From positions 1-25,611 of the forward strand of contig CAZZDL010000003.1 of NCBI GenBank assembly GCA_964652335.1: a stretch of 25,611 nucleotides of DNA. Direction: 5' to 3'. Each line of letters begins with the position of its first letter. Within the stretch, counting starts at the first letter, position 1. The position numbers and the translations under genes are program-made. Positions 9,401 through 16,897 of the stretch are shown in pieces. Under the pieces are notes generated by a model. That model worked only from the letters and a program-made list of their open reading frames with translations. It was not told the origin of the DNA and did not search any database. Source of the stretch: Candidatus Micrarchaeota archaeon. Lineage in GTDB: Archaea > B1Sed10-29 > WALL01 > WAMD01.

Positions 9401-9921
9401 TGGCGAGTAAGACTGTGTATCGGGTTAGGTTTAGAAGAAGGAGAGAGGGGAAGACGAATTATAAGAAAAGGCTAGCAATGCTTAAATCAGACAAGCCCAG
9501 ACTTGTGGTTAGGGTTTTAAACAGGCAGGTAATCGCTCAATTGATAACCTTCCATGAAAAGGGGGACAAAGTATTAGTATCTGCCAGTTCTCATGAACTA
9601 AAGAAGTTTGGATGGGACGGCCACCCAGGCAATTGTCCATCTGCGTACCTAACTGGACTTCTACTGGGAGTAAGAGCAAAGAAAAAGGGATATTCCGAAG
9701 CTCTACTAGACATAGGTCTTCATACTCCAGTTAAAGGATCAAATGTCTATGCTGCATTAAAAGGAGCTATTGACGCTGGTATGGAAATCCCTCATAGCGA
9801 TGATGTTATTCCTCCTGAAGATAGAATTAGTGGTGCAATAATCGCCGAATACAGAGGAATTCCAGATTTGATTGAAAAATTCAATAAAGCTAAAGAAAAA
9901 ATAATGAAGGAGAAAGGGTGA
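9400..9921 (+). CDS. rplR: 50S ribosomal protein uL18
   Basis: [37 protein letters not shown] overlap with rpl19e. Confidence 0.98.
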   Translation: MASKTVYRVRFRRRREGKTNYKKRLAMLKSDKPRLVVRVLNRQVIAQLITFHEKGDKVLVSASSHELKKFGWDGHPGNCPSAYLTGLLLGVRAKKKGYSEALLDIGLHTPVKGSNVYAALKGAIDAGMEIPHSDDVIPPEDRISGAIIAEYRGIPDLIEKFNKAKEKIMKEKG

Positions 9922-9925
9922 GAAA

Positions 9926-10588
9926 ATGGCAGACTGGATACCGAAAACAAAATTGGGAAAACTTGTGGCTAGCGGAGAAATAAAGACAATGGATCAGGCA
10001 CTAGAAACTAAGCTGCCAATACTTGAACCTGAAATAATTGATATACTACTCCCTGATTTAGAAAAAGAAGTCCTGCAGATAAGAGTTGTTAGAAGAACTA
10101 CAGACTCAGGTAGAAAAAACAAGTTCTTTGCCACTGTGGTGGTCGGAAATAGAAATGGTTTTGTTGGTGTTGGCACAGGTAAGGCAATAAACACAAAACC
10201 AGCAATAGAAAGGGCAATAAGGAACGCAAAGATGAATATAATAAAAGTCAGAATGGGATGTGGGTCCTGGGAGTGTATGTGTGGTGGACATCATTCAATA
10301 CCCTACGTAACAGAAGGAAAATGGGGTTCTGTTAAGGTAAGATTGATACCTGCTCCTAAGGGAACAGGTCTGGTAATAGGGGATGTAGGAAAAAAAGTTC
10401 TAGAGCTAGCTGGTATAAAGGACGTTTGGAGCAGGACATGGGGAGACACAAGGACCACTTATAACTTCGCGTTCGCTGTTTGGGATGCACTGAGGAACTT
10501 GAGAAAGACAAGAATCCCAGATGAGGTAATTATAAAAGCAGAAGCAAGACCAATAGCTGAAACAGTCAAAGAAGGTGGAGAAGAATGA
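9926..10588 (+). CDS. rpsE: 30S ribosomal protein uS5
   Basis: [37 protein letters not shown]. Confidence 0.98.
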   Translation: MADWIPKTKLGKLVASGEIKTMDQALETKLPILEPEIIDILLPDLEKEVLQIRVVRRTTDSGRKNKFFATVVVGNRNGFVGVGTGKAINTKPAIERAIRNAKMNIIKVRMGCGSWECMCGGHHSIPYVTEGKWGSVKVRLIPAPKGTGLVIGDVGKKVLELAGIKDVWSRTWGDTRTTYNFAFAVWDALRNLRKTRIPDEVIIKAEARPIAETVKEGGEE

Positions 10589-11052
10589 AAAGGCTAGCTG
10601 TAATCCAGATAAGGGGATTGATAGACACCCCAAAGGAGATTAAGGATACTCTAAAATTATTGCACCTAACTAGAGCGAACCATTGCGTCGTAATAGACGA
10701 TAGAGAGAGTTATATGGGAATGCTTCAAAAAGTAAGGCCATGGGTGACCTGGGGTGAAATTAGTAAGGAAATGATGGAAAAGCTCCTCAGGAAAAGAGGC
10801 AGGCTAGCAGGAAATAGAAAGCTCACAGACGAATATGTAAAGAAGAATACAAAATTTAAAGATATATCTGATTTTGTTGATGCATTTATGAAATTTGAAG
10901 TAGAATTGGAAGACATACCTAACTTAAAGCCAGTATTTAGACTAACCCCACCATCTGGGGGATACAAATCAATAAAGAGAGATTTTACACAGGGTGGAGA
11001 CAGAGGCTACAGAGGAGAAAAGATTAATGAACTGCTTGAAAAAATGATATAG
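10585..11052 (+). CDS. rpmD: 50S ribosomal protein uL30 (archaeal long form)
   Basis: [34 protein letters not shown]. Confidence 0.97.
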   Translation: MKRLAVIQIRGLIDTPKEIKDTLKLLHLTRANHCVVIDDRESYMGMLQKVRPWVTWGEISKEMMEKLLRKRGRLAGNRKLTDEYVKKNTKFKDISDFVDAFMKFEVELEDIPNLKPVFRLTPPSGGYKSIKRDFTQGGDRGYRGEKINELLEKMI

Positions 11053-11062
11053 GTGAGATGAG

Positions 11063-11455
11063 ATGGCATTGAAAAACAGAAAGATAAGAAAGAAACACAG
11101 AGGAACAAGGAATTGCGGTAGAGGAAAGAAGGGCTCCAGAAGAAAAGGTGGTGGTAAAGGGCTAGCTGGATCTGCGAAACACAAGAAACTAAAAATAATC
11201 AAAGAAATGCCTGATCATTTCGGTAAACATGGAATGGGTATGAAAAAAGAAAAAATAAAGTATATAACACTCGCTAAAGTAATTGAAATAGCAGAAAAGA
11301 TAGGAAAAGACGAAATTGACTTGACCAAGCTTGGTTATAACAAATTGCTTGGTAAGGGGGAGATATCAAAGCCACTAAAGATAAAGGTTAAATACGTGAC
11401 TAACTCGGCAAAGGAAAAGATTGAAAAGGCTGGTGGATCTATCCAGCTGGCGTAA
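11063..11455 (+). CDS. rplO: 50S ribosomal protein uL15
   Basis: RGTRNCGRG, GGKGLAG, FGKHG, KLLGKG, AKEKIEKAGG. Confidence 0.97.
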   Translation: MALKNRKIRKKHRGTRNCGRGKKGSRRKGGGKGLAGSAKHKKLKIIKEMPDHFGKHGMGMKKEKIKYITLAKVIEIAEKIGKDEIDLTKLGYNKLLGKGEISKPLKIKVKYVTNSAKEKIEKAGGSIQLA

Positions 11456-11473
11456 CCACTAAAGGTGAAATAA

Positions 11474-12997
11474 ATGGGATGGGAAATACTTGATCCTATA
11501 ATTGCTATACTTCCTGATGTCAAAAGACCTGTTCAGAGGCAACCTCTAAAGAAAAGATTAATGTGGGTTGGAATTGCACTTATAATATTCTTCATTTTAT
11601 CACAGATACCCCCAATAGGAATGCTAACTCCACAGAGGCTAAAAGAGATACAAGTAACTGATCCCGCAAAGTATGCGCAACTCAGTCAAGAGTACTCAAA
11701 CGTTTTGCAAAGAGTAGCTTTCCTTGAAAACGTTCAGACAGTTTTAGCCAGTAGATTAGGAACGCTTGGGACACTAGGTATAGGACCAATAGTGATGGCA
11801 TCCATAATACTACAGCTACTGGTAGGAGCAGAGATAATCCAAATGGATAAGAAAAGATACATGGCAGCGACGAAGATTGGGGGGATACTATTTGCTTTCT
11901 TTGAAGGGGCCATATATGTTTGGTCTGGTTTCTTACCAATAGAACCAAGTGGAATAAGCATTCTACCCATACCTGGCATCTCTGGTCTATTTGACTTAAA
12001 CGCAATACTGGTAATTGGGCAAATAGCATTGGGATCCATAATCCTTCTATTCTTAGACGAGGTTGTATCAAAATGGGGAATAGGATCTGGGATAGGTTTA
12101 TTCATCGTTGGCGGAGTCTCTGAGGTAGTGGTCTACAGAGCGTTGCATCCGTTTTATGGAAGCATACCTTCATTCATAAACGCAATAATAAACGAAGGTG
12201 TACTACATTTGGATATCATCGCTCCACTGCTGGCTACTATATTAGTATTCTTAATAGTTGTATATGGAGAAGGAATGAGAATTGAGATACCTTTAACACT
12301 TGGAAGAATTAGAGGAGTTGGGGGAAGATTCCCATTAAAACTGTTCTATGTATCTAATATTCCAGTAATACTTGCAGCTGCATTGTTTGCTAATATACAG
12401 CTTTTTGCAAATGTACTTGCACAAGCAGGATTACCATGGCTTGGGAGATTCGGGCCAAACGGGCAACCTCTGCCTGTACTATCTCTAAGCCTAGATCCAT
12501 CTCAGTTTACTATTCCAATCGCCTGGCTTGTAAAGGCCCCTTATGGTGTGCTAAGCGGTTGGACAGCAATACAGCAAAACTTCATAAATCCAGCCCAAAC
12601 AGTATTGGGGGTAATCCCAATAGAACTTGTTCATATAATATTCTACCTTGCATTCATGATAGGTGCATGTATCCTGTTCGGAATGTTCTGGGTTGAAACA
12701 ACAGGTATGGGACCAAAGCAAGTGGCTAGACAACTACAATCTGCTGGTTTATCCATACCTGGATTCAGAAGGGATCCAAGAGTAATGGAAAGAGTAATGG
12801 AAAGATACATACCTGTGATAACTGTGATAGGTTCAGCTGCTGTTGGTGGTCTAGCAGCCCTAGCAGATCTAACTGGTGCGTATGGGACTGGAACAGGAAT
12901 CCTGCTGAGTGTTGGTATATTGTATAGGTTGTATGAAGAACTAATGTCTGCCCAATTGGCAGAGATGCACCCGGCACTAAAATCATTTTTAGGGTGA
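11474..12997 (+). CDS. secY: Protein translocase subunit SecY (Sec61 alpha)
   Basis: LGIGPIVMASIILQLL, SKWGIGSGIGLFI, FYVSNIPVIL, IPGFRRD, GTGTGILL. Confidence 0.98.
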   Translation: MGWEILDPIIAILPDVKRPVQRQPLKKRLMWVGIALIIFFILSQIPPIGMLTPQRLKEIQVTDPAKYAQLSQEYSNVLQRVAFLENVQTVLASRLGTLGTLGIGPIVMASIILQLLVGAEIIQMDKKRYMAATKIGGILFAFFEGAIYVWSGFLPIEPSGISILPIPGISGLFDLNAILVIGQIALGSIILLFLDEVVSKWGIGSGIGLFIVGGVSEVVVYRALHPFYGSIPSFINAIINEGVLHLDIIAPLLATILVFLIVVYGEGMRIEIPLTLGRIRGVGGRFPLKLFYVSNIPVILAAALFANIQLFANVLAQAGLPWLGRFGPNGQPLPVLSLSLDPSQFTIPIAWLVKAPYGVLSGWTAIQQNFINPAQTVLGVIPIELVHIIFYLAFMIGACILFGMFWVETTGMGPKQVARQLQSAGLSIPGFRRDPRVMERVMERYIPVITVIGSAAVGGLAALADLTGAYGTGTGILLSVGILYRLYEELMSAQLAEMHPALKSFLG

Positions 12998-13001
12998 AGA
13001 T

Positions 13002-13511
13002 ATGATTGAGATACTTGGAATAAAGATATTTTATCCATTGGCGTTTGGAATAATCACGTTATTAGCCACCCTACTAACGATATTCTCATTGTTTATCCAC
13101 AGAAAAATGGTTGACCAAAAGAGAATGGAAGAAATTAGAAAGAAGATGGAAGAACATCAAAAAAGGTACATGGAGGCAAAAAAATCGGGCGACAAGAAGT
13201 TGCTTGCAAAATTGGAAATAGAACAAGAGGAGATAATGAAACAGTTCAAAGAAAATATGTATCAGTCGTTTAAGCCATTATTCATAACGACGCCAGTTGT
13301 ATTATTGCTTTTGTGGAGTATGGGGTCTGCTTTCGGATCCTTAGGACCAATACTAGAACTGCCATTTGGATTACCTGTGTTAACAAGACCGTTCTATGAC
13401 ATGGGAGTTGTAAATGGTATCGACTGGTTAGGATGGTATATAGTTGTTGGTTTAGGATCCAGTCTAATTGGCCAGCTAATATTGAAAAAGCTGAAAGGTG
13501 AGAAGAAATGA
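13002..13511 (+). CDS. DUF106 / EMC3-TMCO1-Get1 (Oxa1 superfamily) membrane protein
   Basis: TM helix, charged coiled coil, M..SFKP motif, C-terminal WLGWYI; conserved position after secY. Confidence 0.88.
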   Translation: MIEILGIKIFYPLAFGIITLLATLLTIFSLFIHRKMVDQKRMEEIRKKMEEHQKRYMEAKKSGDKKLLAKLEIEQEEIMKQFKENMYQSFKPLFITTPVVLLLLWSMGSAFGSLGPILELPFGLPVLTRPFYDMGVVNGIDWLGWYIVVGLGSSLIGQLILKKLKGEKK

Positions 13512-13738
13512 AATTCATGCATGTAGGTAGAGTATGCAAGAAGCTGGTTGGAAAAGAAGCTGGAAAGGAAGTCGTTGTAGTTGATATAATTGACGAGAAT
13601 TTTGCGTTGATTGATGGTATAAATGTTAAAAGACGAAGATGTAATTTCAAACACTTGGAGCCAACAGATAAAATACTCGATATACCAAAAGGCGCCAGCC
13701 ATGAAGAGGTTGTAAATGCTCTCAAGAAAGCTAAGTGA
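13508..13738 (+). CDS. rpl14e: 50S ribosomal protein eL14
   Basis: VGRVCKKLVGKEAG, VVDIIDENF, VKRRRCNFKHLEPT. Confidence 0.96.
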   Translation: MKFMHVGRVCKKLVGKEAGKEVVVVDIIDENFALIDGINVKRRRCNFKHLEPTDKILDIPKGASHEEVVNALKKAK

Positions 13739-14609
13739 TGGTTTTGTTGTGATTGACAAGCCACTTGGGCCTACTTCTCACCAGGTTACCTCATGGGTAG
13801 CTGATATGCTAAAGGCCAAAAAGTTTGGTCATGCTGGCACACTAGACCCGAACGCATCAGGCGTTTTGCCCATTGCACTTGGAAAAGCTATAAAGCTGTT
13901 AGAATATCTTTCTAAATCTGACAAGGAGTATGTGGGTATTGCTAAGTTTGAAAAGTCCATAGATCCAGGCAGATTTCTGGAAATAGCCAATCAGTTCACT
14001 GGGGAGATCTGGCAGATGCCACCAAAAGTCTCAGCAGTTAAAAGAAGGTTAAGAAAGAGAACTGTTTATTCTCTTGAATTCTTAGAAATACGAAATGATT
14101 TGGTTTTATTCAAAGCAAAGGTGCAGCATGGAACATACATAAGGAAGCTAATATCAGATTGGGGCGAGTTGTTAGGAGTCAAGGGATCTATGCTAGAATT
14201 AAGGAGAATTAGATCTGGGCCGTTTGATATAAAAGACGCTGTAATCCTGCAAGACCTTAAAGACGCTATTGTTTTCTATGAGAGAGGGGTCAGTGACGAG
14301 CTGCTGAGTATTGTCCTCCCTTTGGAAGCAGGGATAAAAAACATGAAAAAGATCTATGTTAAGGATTCTGCCGTAGCAGCAATATGCCATGGGGCGGATC
14401 TGGCAGCGCCTGGGGTTGCCAAATGTGACGACGGAATTAGGAAAAATGAGGCAGTTGCACTGATGACAAAGGAGAGCGAACTGATTGGAATAGGAATAAG
14501 CAAGATGAATTCTGAAGAGATTAGAAGATCAAAAAAAGGAATAGTAGCAAAAACAGACAAAGTGATAATGGACAGAAACAAATATCCTAAGGTGTGGAAG
14601 AGTGGTTAG
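13716..14609 (+). CDS. cbf5: H/ACA RNA-guided / tRNA pseudouridine synthase Cbf5 (TruB family)
   Basis: IDKPLGPTSHQV, GHAGTLDP (catalytic Asp), QMPPKVSAVKR, GTYIRKL, C-terminal PUA (DSAVAAICHGADL), YPKVW. Confidence 0.96.
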   Translation: MLSRKLSDGFVVIDKPLGPTSHQVTSWVADMLKAKKFGHAGTLDPNASGVLPIALGKAIKLLEYLSKSDKEYVGIAKFEKSIDPGRFLEIANQFTGEIWQMPPKVSAVKRRLRKRTVYSLEFLEIRNDLVLFKAKVQHGTYIRKLISDWGELLGVKGSMLELRRIRSGPFDIKDAVILQDLKDAIVFYERGVSDELLSIVLPLEAGIKNMKKIYVKDSAVAAICHGADLAAPGVAKCDDGIRKNEAVALMTKESELIGIGISKMNSEEIRRSKKGIVAKTDKVIMDRNKYPKVWKSG

Positions 14610-15201
14610 GCACTATTTCTCAGATATGCCAGTAAGTAAGCCAAAAAAGATGGAAATAACTGCAGAACTTAGAGGATACTCTTTGAATTTAGTAACCTAT
14701 TCTGGAATCTTTTCATTCAGAGAGATAGACAAAGGAACTAGACTTTTGGCTGAAACTATGCTCATACCTGAATCTGGAAGGTTCCTAGATCTCGGTTGTG
14801 GTTATGGAGTAGTAGGGATAATTGCTGGATTGGAAAATCCAGATCTAGAGATCTGGTTCATAGATACAAACAGACTAGCTATAATGGCAACAAAGCAGAA
14901 CGCAAAAAGATACCTAAGGAAATTCAAGGTATTGAAGAACGATGGGCTAAAGGGAATTGATGTTAGTTTCAATGCTATCGCAACTAATCCTCCCTTTTCT
15001 GCGGGGAAAGAGACCGTCTTCAGATTCATAGATGAGGGCTTCGCAAATCTAGTACCAGGTGGATGGATGGACGTTGTAGCCAGAAAGTCAAAGGGTGGGA
15101 AAAGTCTAAAAGAGAAAATGATGAGTGTATTTGGAAACGTTGAAGTAGCTGGCCGAGGATCTGGTTATCAGGTCTATAGAAGCTTCAAGATAGATAAATA
15201 A
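14602..15201 (+). CDS. Class I SAM-dependent methyltransferase, RsmC/MJ0882-like
   Basis: N-terminal HYFS, GIFS..IDKGT, LDLGCGYG (motif I), TNPPF (motif IV); GTG start. Confidence 0.9.
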   Translation: MVRHYFSDMPVSKPKKMEITAELRGYSLNLVTYSGIFSFREIDKGTRLLAETMLIPESGRFLDLGCGYGVVGIIAGLENPDLEIWFIDTNRLAIMATKQNAKRYLRKFKVLKNDGLKGIDVSFNAIATNPPFSAGKETVFRFIDEGFANLVPGGWMDVVARKSKGGKSLKEKMMSVFGNVEVAGRGSGYQVYRSFKIDK

Positions 15202-15229
15202 AAATAATGACAATCATAATTTAGTCGCT

Positions 15230-15311
15230 GCCGGGGTGGCGGAGTGGAAACGCGCTAGCCTTGAGAGCTAGTGGCCTTCGGGCCGCGAGGGTTCGAATCC
15301 CTCCCCCGGCG
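15230..15311 (+). tRNA. tRNA-Ser(UGA), intronless, CCA not encoded
   Basis: Acceptor GCCGGGG/CCCCGGC, anticodon arm CTAGC-CTTGAGA-GCTAG, long variable arm TGGCC-TTCG-GGCCG, T arm GAGGG-TTCGAAT-CCCTC, discriminator G. Confidence 0.97.
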
Positions 15312-15387
15312 TAGAACCGTCGCGTCCGTTCACGCCGCGAACGAAGCCTATCGCTCTGCGATAGGCTGGCCTTCGGGCGGGGTTCTA
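15312..15387 (+). ncRNA. Candidate 76-nt cloverleaf-like structured RNA directly after tRNA-Ser
   Basis: Closing stem TAGAACC/GGTTCTA enclosing CGTTC/GAACG, AGCCTATCGC/GCGATAGGCT and GCC-TTCG-GGC hairpins. Confidence 0.4.
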
Positions 15388-15388
15388 G

Positions 15389-15457
15389 TTTTCCCAAGGC
15401 TTTTGTTAAAAGGCTTTAGCGGAGCTGTTTTTCCCAAGGCTTTTTGTAAAAGGCTTT
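15389..15457. repeat. Two 29-bp imperfectly palindromic direct repeats, period 40 bp
   Basis: TTTTCCCAAGGCTTTTGTTAAAAGGCTTT (15389-15417) and TTTTCCCAAGGCTTTTTGTAAAAGGCTTT (15429-15457), 27/29 identical. Confidence 0.9.
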
Positions 15458-15476
15458 TCGAATCCGGCCGGGCCCA
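15457..15476 (+). pseudogene. Orphan 3' fragment of a tRNA (Val/Ile-like)
   Basis: TTCGAAT (T loop) CCGGC (T stem 3') CGGGCCC (acceptor 3') A (discriminator); no matching 5' part upstream. Confidence 0.7.
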
Positions 15477-15515
15477 TAGAGTAGACCTTCAGCTCGCGGG
15501 AGCGGACTACGCAAG

Positions 15516-15548
15516 ATAAAATAAACAATAAAAATAGGAAAAAGAAAG
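15516..15548 (-). terminator. Oligo-T archaeal terminator region after the Lys-rich gene
   Basis: Minus strand reads TTTCTTTTTCCTATTTTTATTGTTTATTTTAT just after the stop codon. Confidence 0.5.
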
Positions 15549-15555
15549 TTAGGGT

Positions 15556-15831
15556 TTATTTCTTCTTTCTCTTAGAGGCCTTCTTTTTGGTTGTCTTTTT
15601 CTTTGTTGTCTTCTTCTTTGTAGTTTTCTTCTTTGTCGTCTTCTTTTTCTTCTTAGTTGTCTTCTTCTTAGTGGCCAACTTTACCACCCCCTTTTTCTTT
15701 TTTAACATGAGCATGGACTTAGGATGATGTTCCTCCTTTTCTTTTATCTCCTCTTTGATAATGTCATGTCTAGATGGATTCCTAGAGAATTTCTTTTTCA
15801 AAAAATAATACAAGTTCCCAATCAATTTCAT
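15556..15831 (-). CDS. Highly basic protein with KKKTT repeats (91 aa, or 40 aa from TTG at 15678)
   Basis: Repeat unit encoded by mixed synonymous codons; SD-like GGGGTGG upstream of TTG 15678; TATA at leaderless distance from ATG 15831; T-rich terminator downstream. Confidence 0.75.
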   Translation of the reverse strand: MKLIGNLYYFLKKKFSRNPSRHDIIKEEIKEKEEHHPKSMLMLKKKKGVVKLATKKKTTKKKKKTTKKKTTKKKTTKKKTTKKKASKRKKK

Positions 15832-15850
15832 GCAACCTAGAACTCATACT

Positions 15851-15862
15851 AAATATAAAAAG
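15851..15862. promoter_or_regulatory. Divergent TATA region shared by the Lys-rich gene and kae1
   Basis: AAATATAAAAAG lies about 22 nt from both ATG 15884 (+) and ATG 15831 (-), consistent with two leaderless transcripts. Confidence 0.55.
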
Positions 15863-15883
15863 CTTGCTACTAAAAAATAGAAC

Positions 15884-16855
15884 ATGATAATTTTGGGAAT
15901 TGAATCCACTGCCCACACAATTGGAATTGGGATTACTGATGGAAAAAAGGAACTAGCAAATGAAATGATGATGTACAAGACAACTGGAGGCATCCATCCA
16001 AGAGAAGCTAGTCAGTTTATGGCAAAGAATGCCCCACTTGTTGTGAAAAAAGCTCTAGAGAAATCTGGACTAACTATTAATGACATAGATGGAATAGCTG
16101 TTGCAAATGGTCCTGGACTCGGGCCCTGCTTAAGAGTTGGTGTAAGTCTAGCTGTATTTTTATCAAGCTATTACTCTCTCCCACTAGTCGGAGTAAATCA
16201 TTGCATAGCACATATAGAAGTTGGTAAACATGATTTAGGGTTCAAAGACCCATTGGTTGCATACGTATCTGGAGCGAACACTCAAATAATTGGGCTAGCT
16301 GGTGGAAGATATAGGATATACGGGGAAACACTTGACGTTGGATTGGGCAATGCAATAGATATGGTTGGAAGGAAAATGGGGTTAGAATTCCCAGCCGGGC
16401 CGAAGATGGAGGCCCTAGCTAAAAAAGGTAAAAACTTCATAGAACTTCCATATACAATAAAGGGTATGGATTTAACATTCTCAGGGCTTGTTACTGCAGC
16501 TAAAAAGCTAGTTGGGAAAACTAACAAGAACGACCTCGCTTTCTCATTCCAAGAAACAATATTCTCCATGTTTGTTGAAGTAACTGAAAGGGCATTAGCT
16601 CACACTAAAAAGAAAGAACTATTGCTTGTTGGTGGAGTAGCTCAAAATGCAAGGCTGAGAGAAATGTTCCAAAAAATGGTAAAACCACATAAAGCCAAAT
16701 TCGGTTCACCAAAGCCAGAGCATAATAGAGACAATGGATTCATGATTGCACTCACTGGATGGAAAATGATTAAGGCAGGGTTAAAGACTGATCCAAGAAA
16801 TATAGGGATAAAACAAGGTTGGAGGACAGACGAGGTTGACGTCTGCTGGAGATAA
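15884..16855 (+). CDS. kae1: KEOPS subunit Kae1 (tRNA t6A threonylcarbamoyltransferase), not fused to Bud32
   Basis: GIESTAHT, GGIHPREA, GPGLGPCL, metal-binding HCIAH, VSGANTQ, GETLD, GGVAQN, RDNG. Confidence 0.97.
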   Translation: MIILGIESTAHTIGIGITDGKKELANEMMMYKTTGGIHPREASQFMAKNAPLVVKKALEKSGLTINDIDGIAVANGPGLGPCLRVGVSLAVFLSSYYSLPLVGVNHCIAHIEVGKHDLGFKDPLVAYVSGANTQIIGLAGGRYRIYGETLDVGLGNAIDMVGRKMGLEFPAGPKMEALAKKGKNFIELPYTIKGMDLTFSGLVTAAKKLVGKTNKNDLAFSFQETIFSMFVEVTERALAHTKKKELLLVGGVAQNARLREMFQKMVKPHKAKFGSPKPEHNRDNGFMIALTGWKMIKAGLKTDPRNIGIKQGWRTDEVDVCWR

Positions 16856-16858
16856 TAC

Positions 16859-16873
16859 CGACAAATATATAAT
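16859..16873 (+). promoter_or_regulatory. Probable promoter for the 16898 ORF-hppA-ferritin-bud32 unit
   Basis: CGACAAA + TATATAAT (16866-16873), about 24 nt before ATG 16898. Confidence 0.5.
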
Positions 16874-16897
16874 ACTAATGGAATAAATAGTGATTGA

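Noticed and set aside
13716..13800. Intron in the 5' part of cbf5, as in some Crenarchaeota
   Set aside because: Frame is continuous, overlaps rpl14e, and no bulge-helix-bulge or upstream exon is apparent
754..15029. Many antisense ORFs across the ribosomal operon (e.g. 4221-4934, 1515-2024, 2256-2789)
   Set aside because: Shadow frames of well-identified genes, with the Phe/Ser/Leu-rich composition expected from the antisense of Lys/Glu-rich genes
15312..15387. Genuine second tRNA or tRNA-Sec
   Set aside because: No D-loop GG, no TTCRA T loop in position and no U33-type anticodon loop; kept only as a tRNA-like structure
15389..15457. Possible mini-CRISPR array
   Set aside because: Only two repeats, an 11-nt spacer, no leader and no cas genes in the window
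41..15504. 9-nt complementarity between CGCTCCCGC (41-49) and GCGGGAGCG (15496-15504), reminiscent of split-tRNA leaders
   Set aside because: Short GC-rich match that can arise by chance; the 42-115 element has no tRNA 5'-half features
15271..15519. 82-aa ORF on the + strand
   Set aside because: Starts inside tRNA-Ser and runs through repeats and hairpins; composition unlike real genes here
15230..16855. Integrated mobile element at tRNA-Ser
   Set aside because: No integrase or transposase, no duplicate of the tRNA-Ser 3' end, and downstream genes are housekeeping
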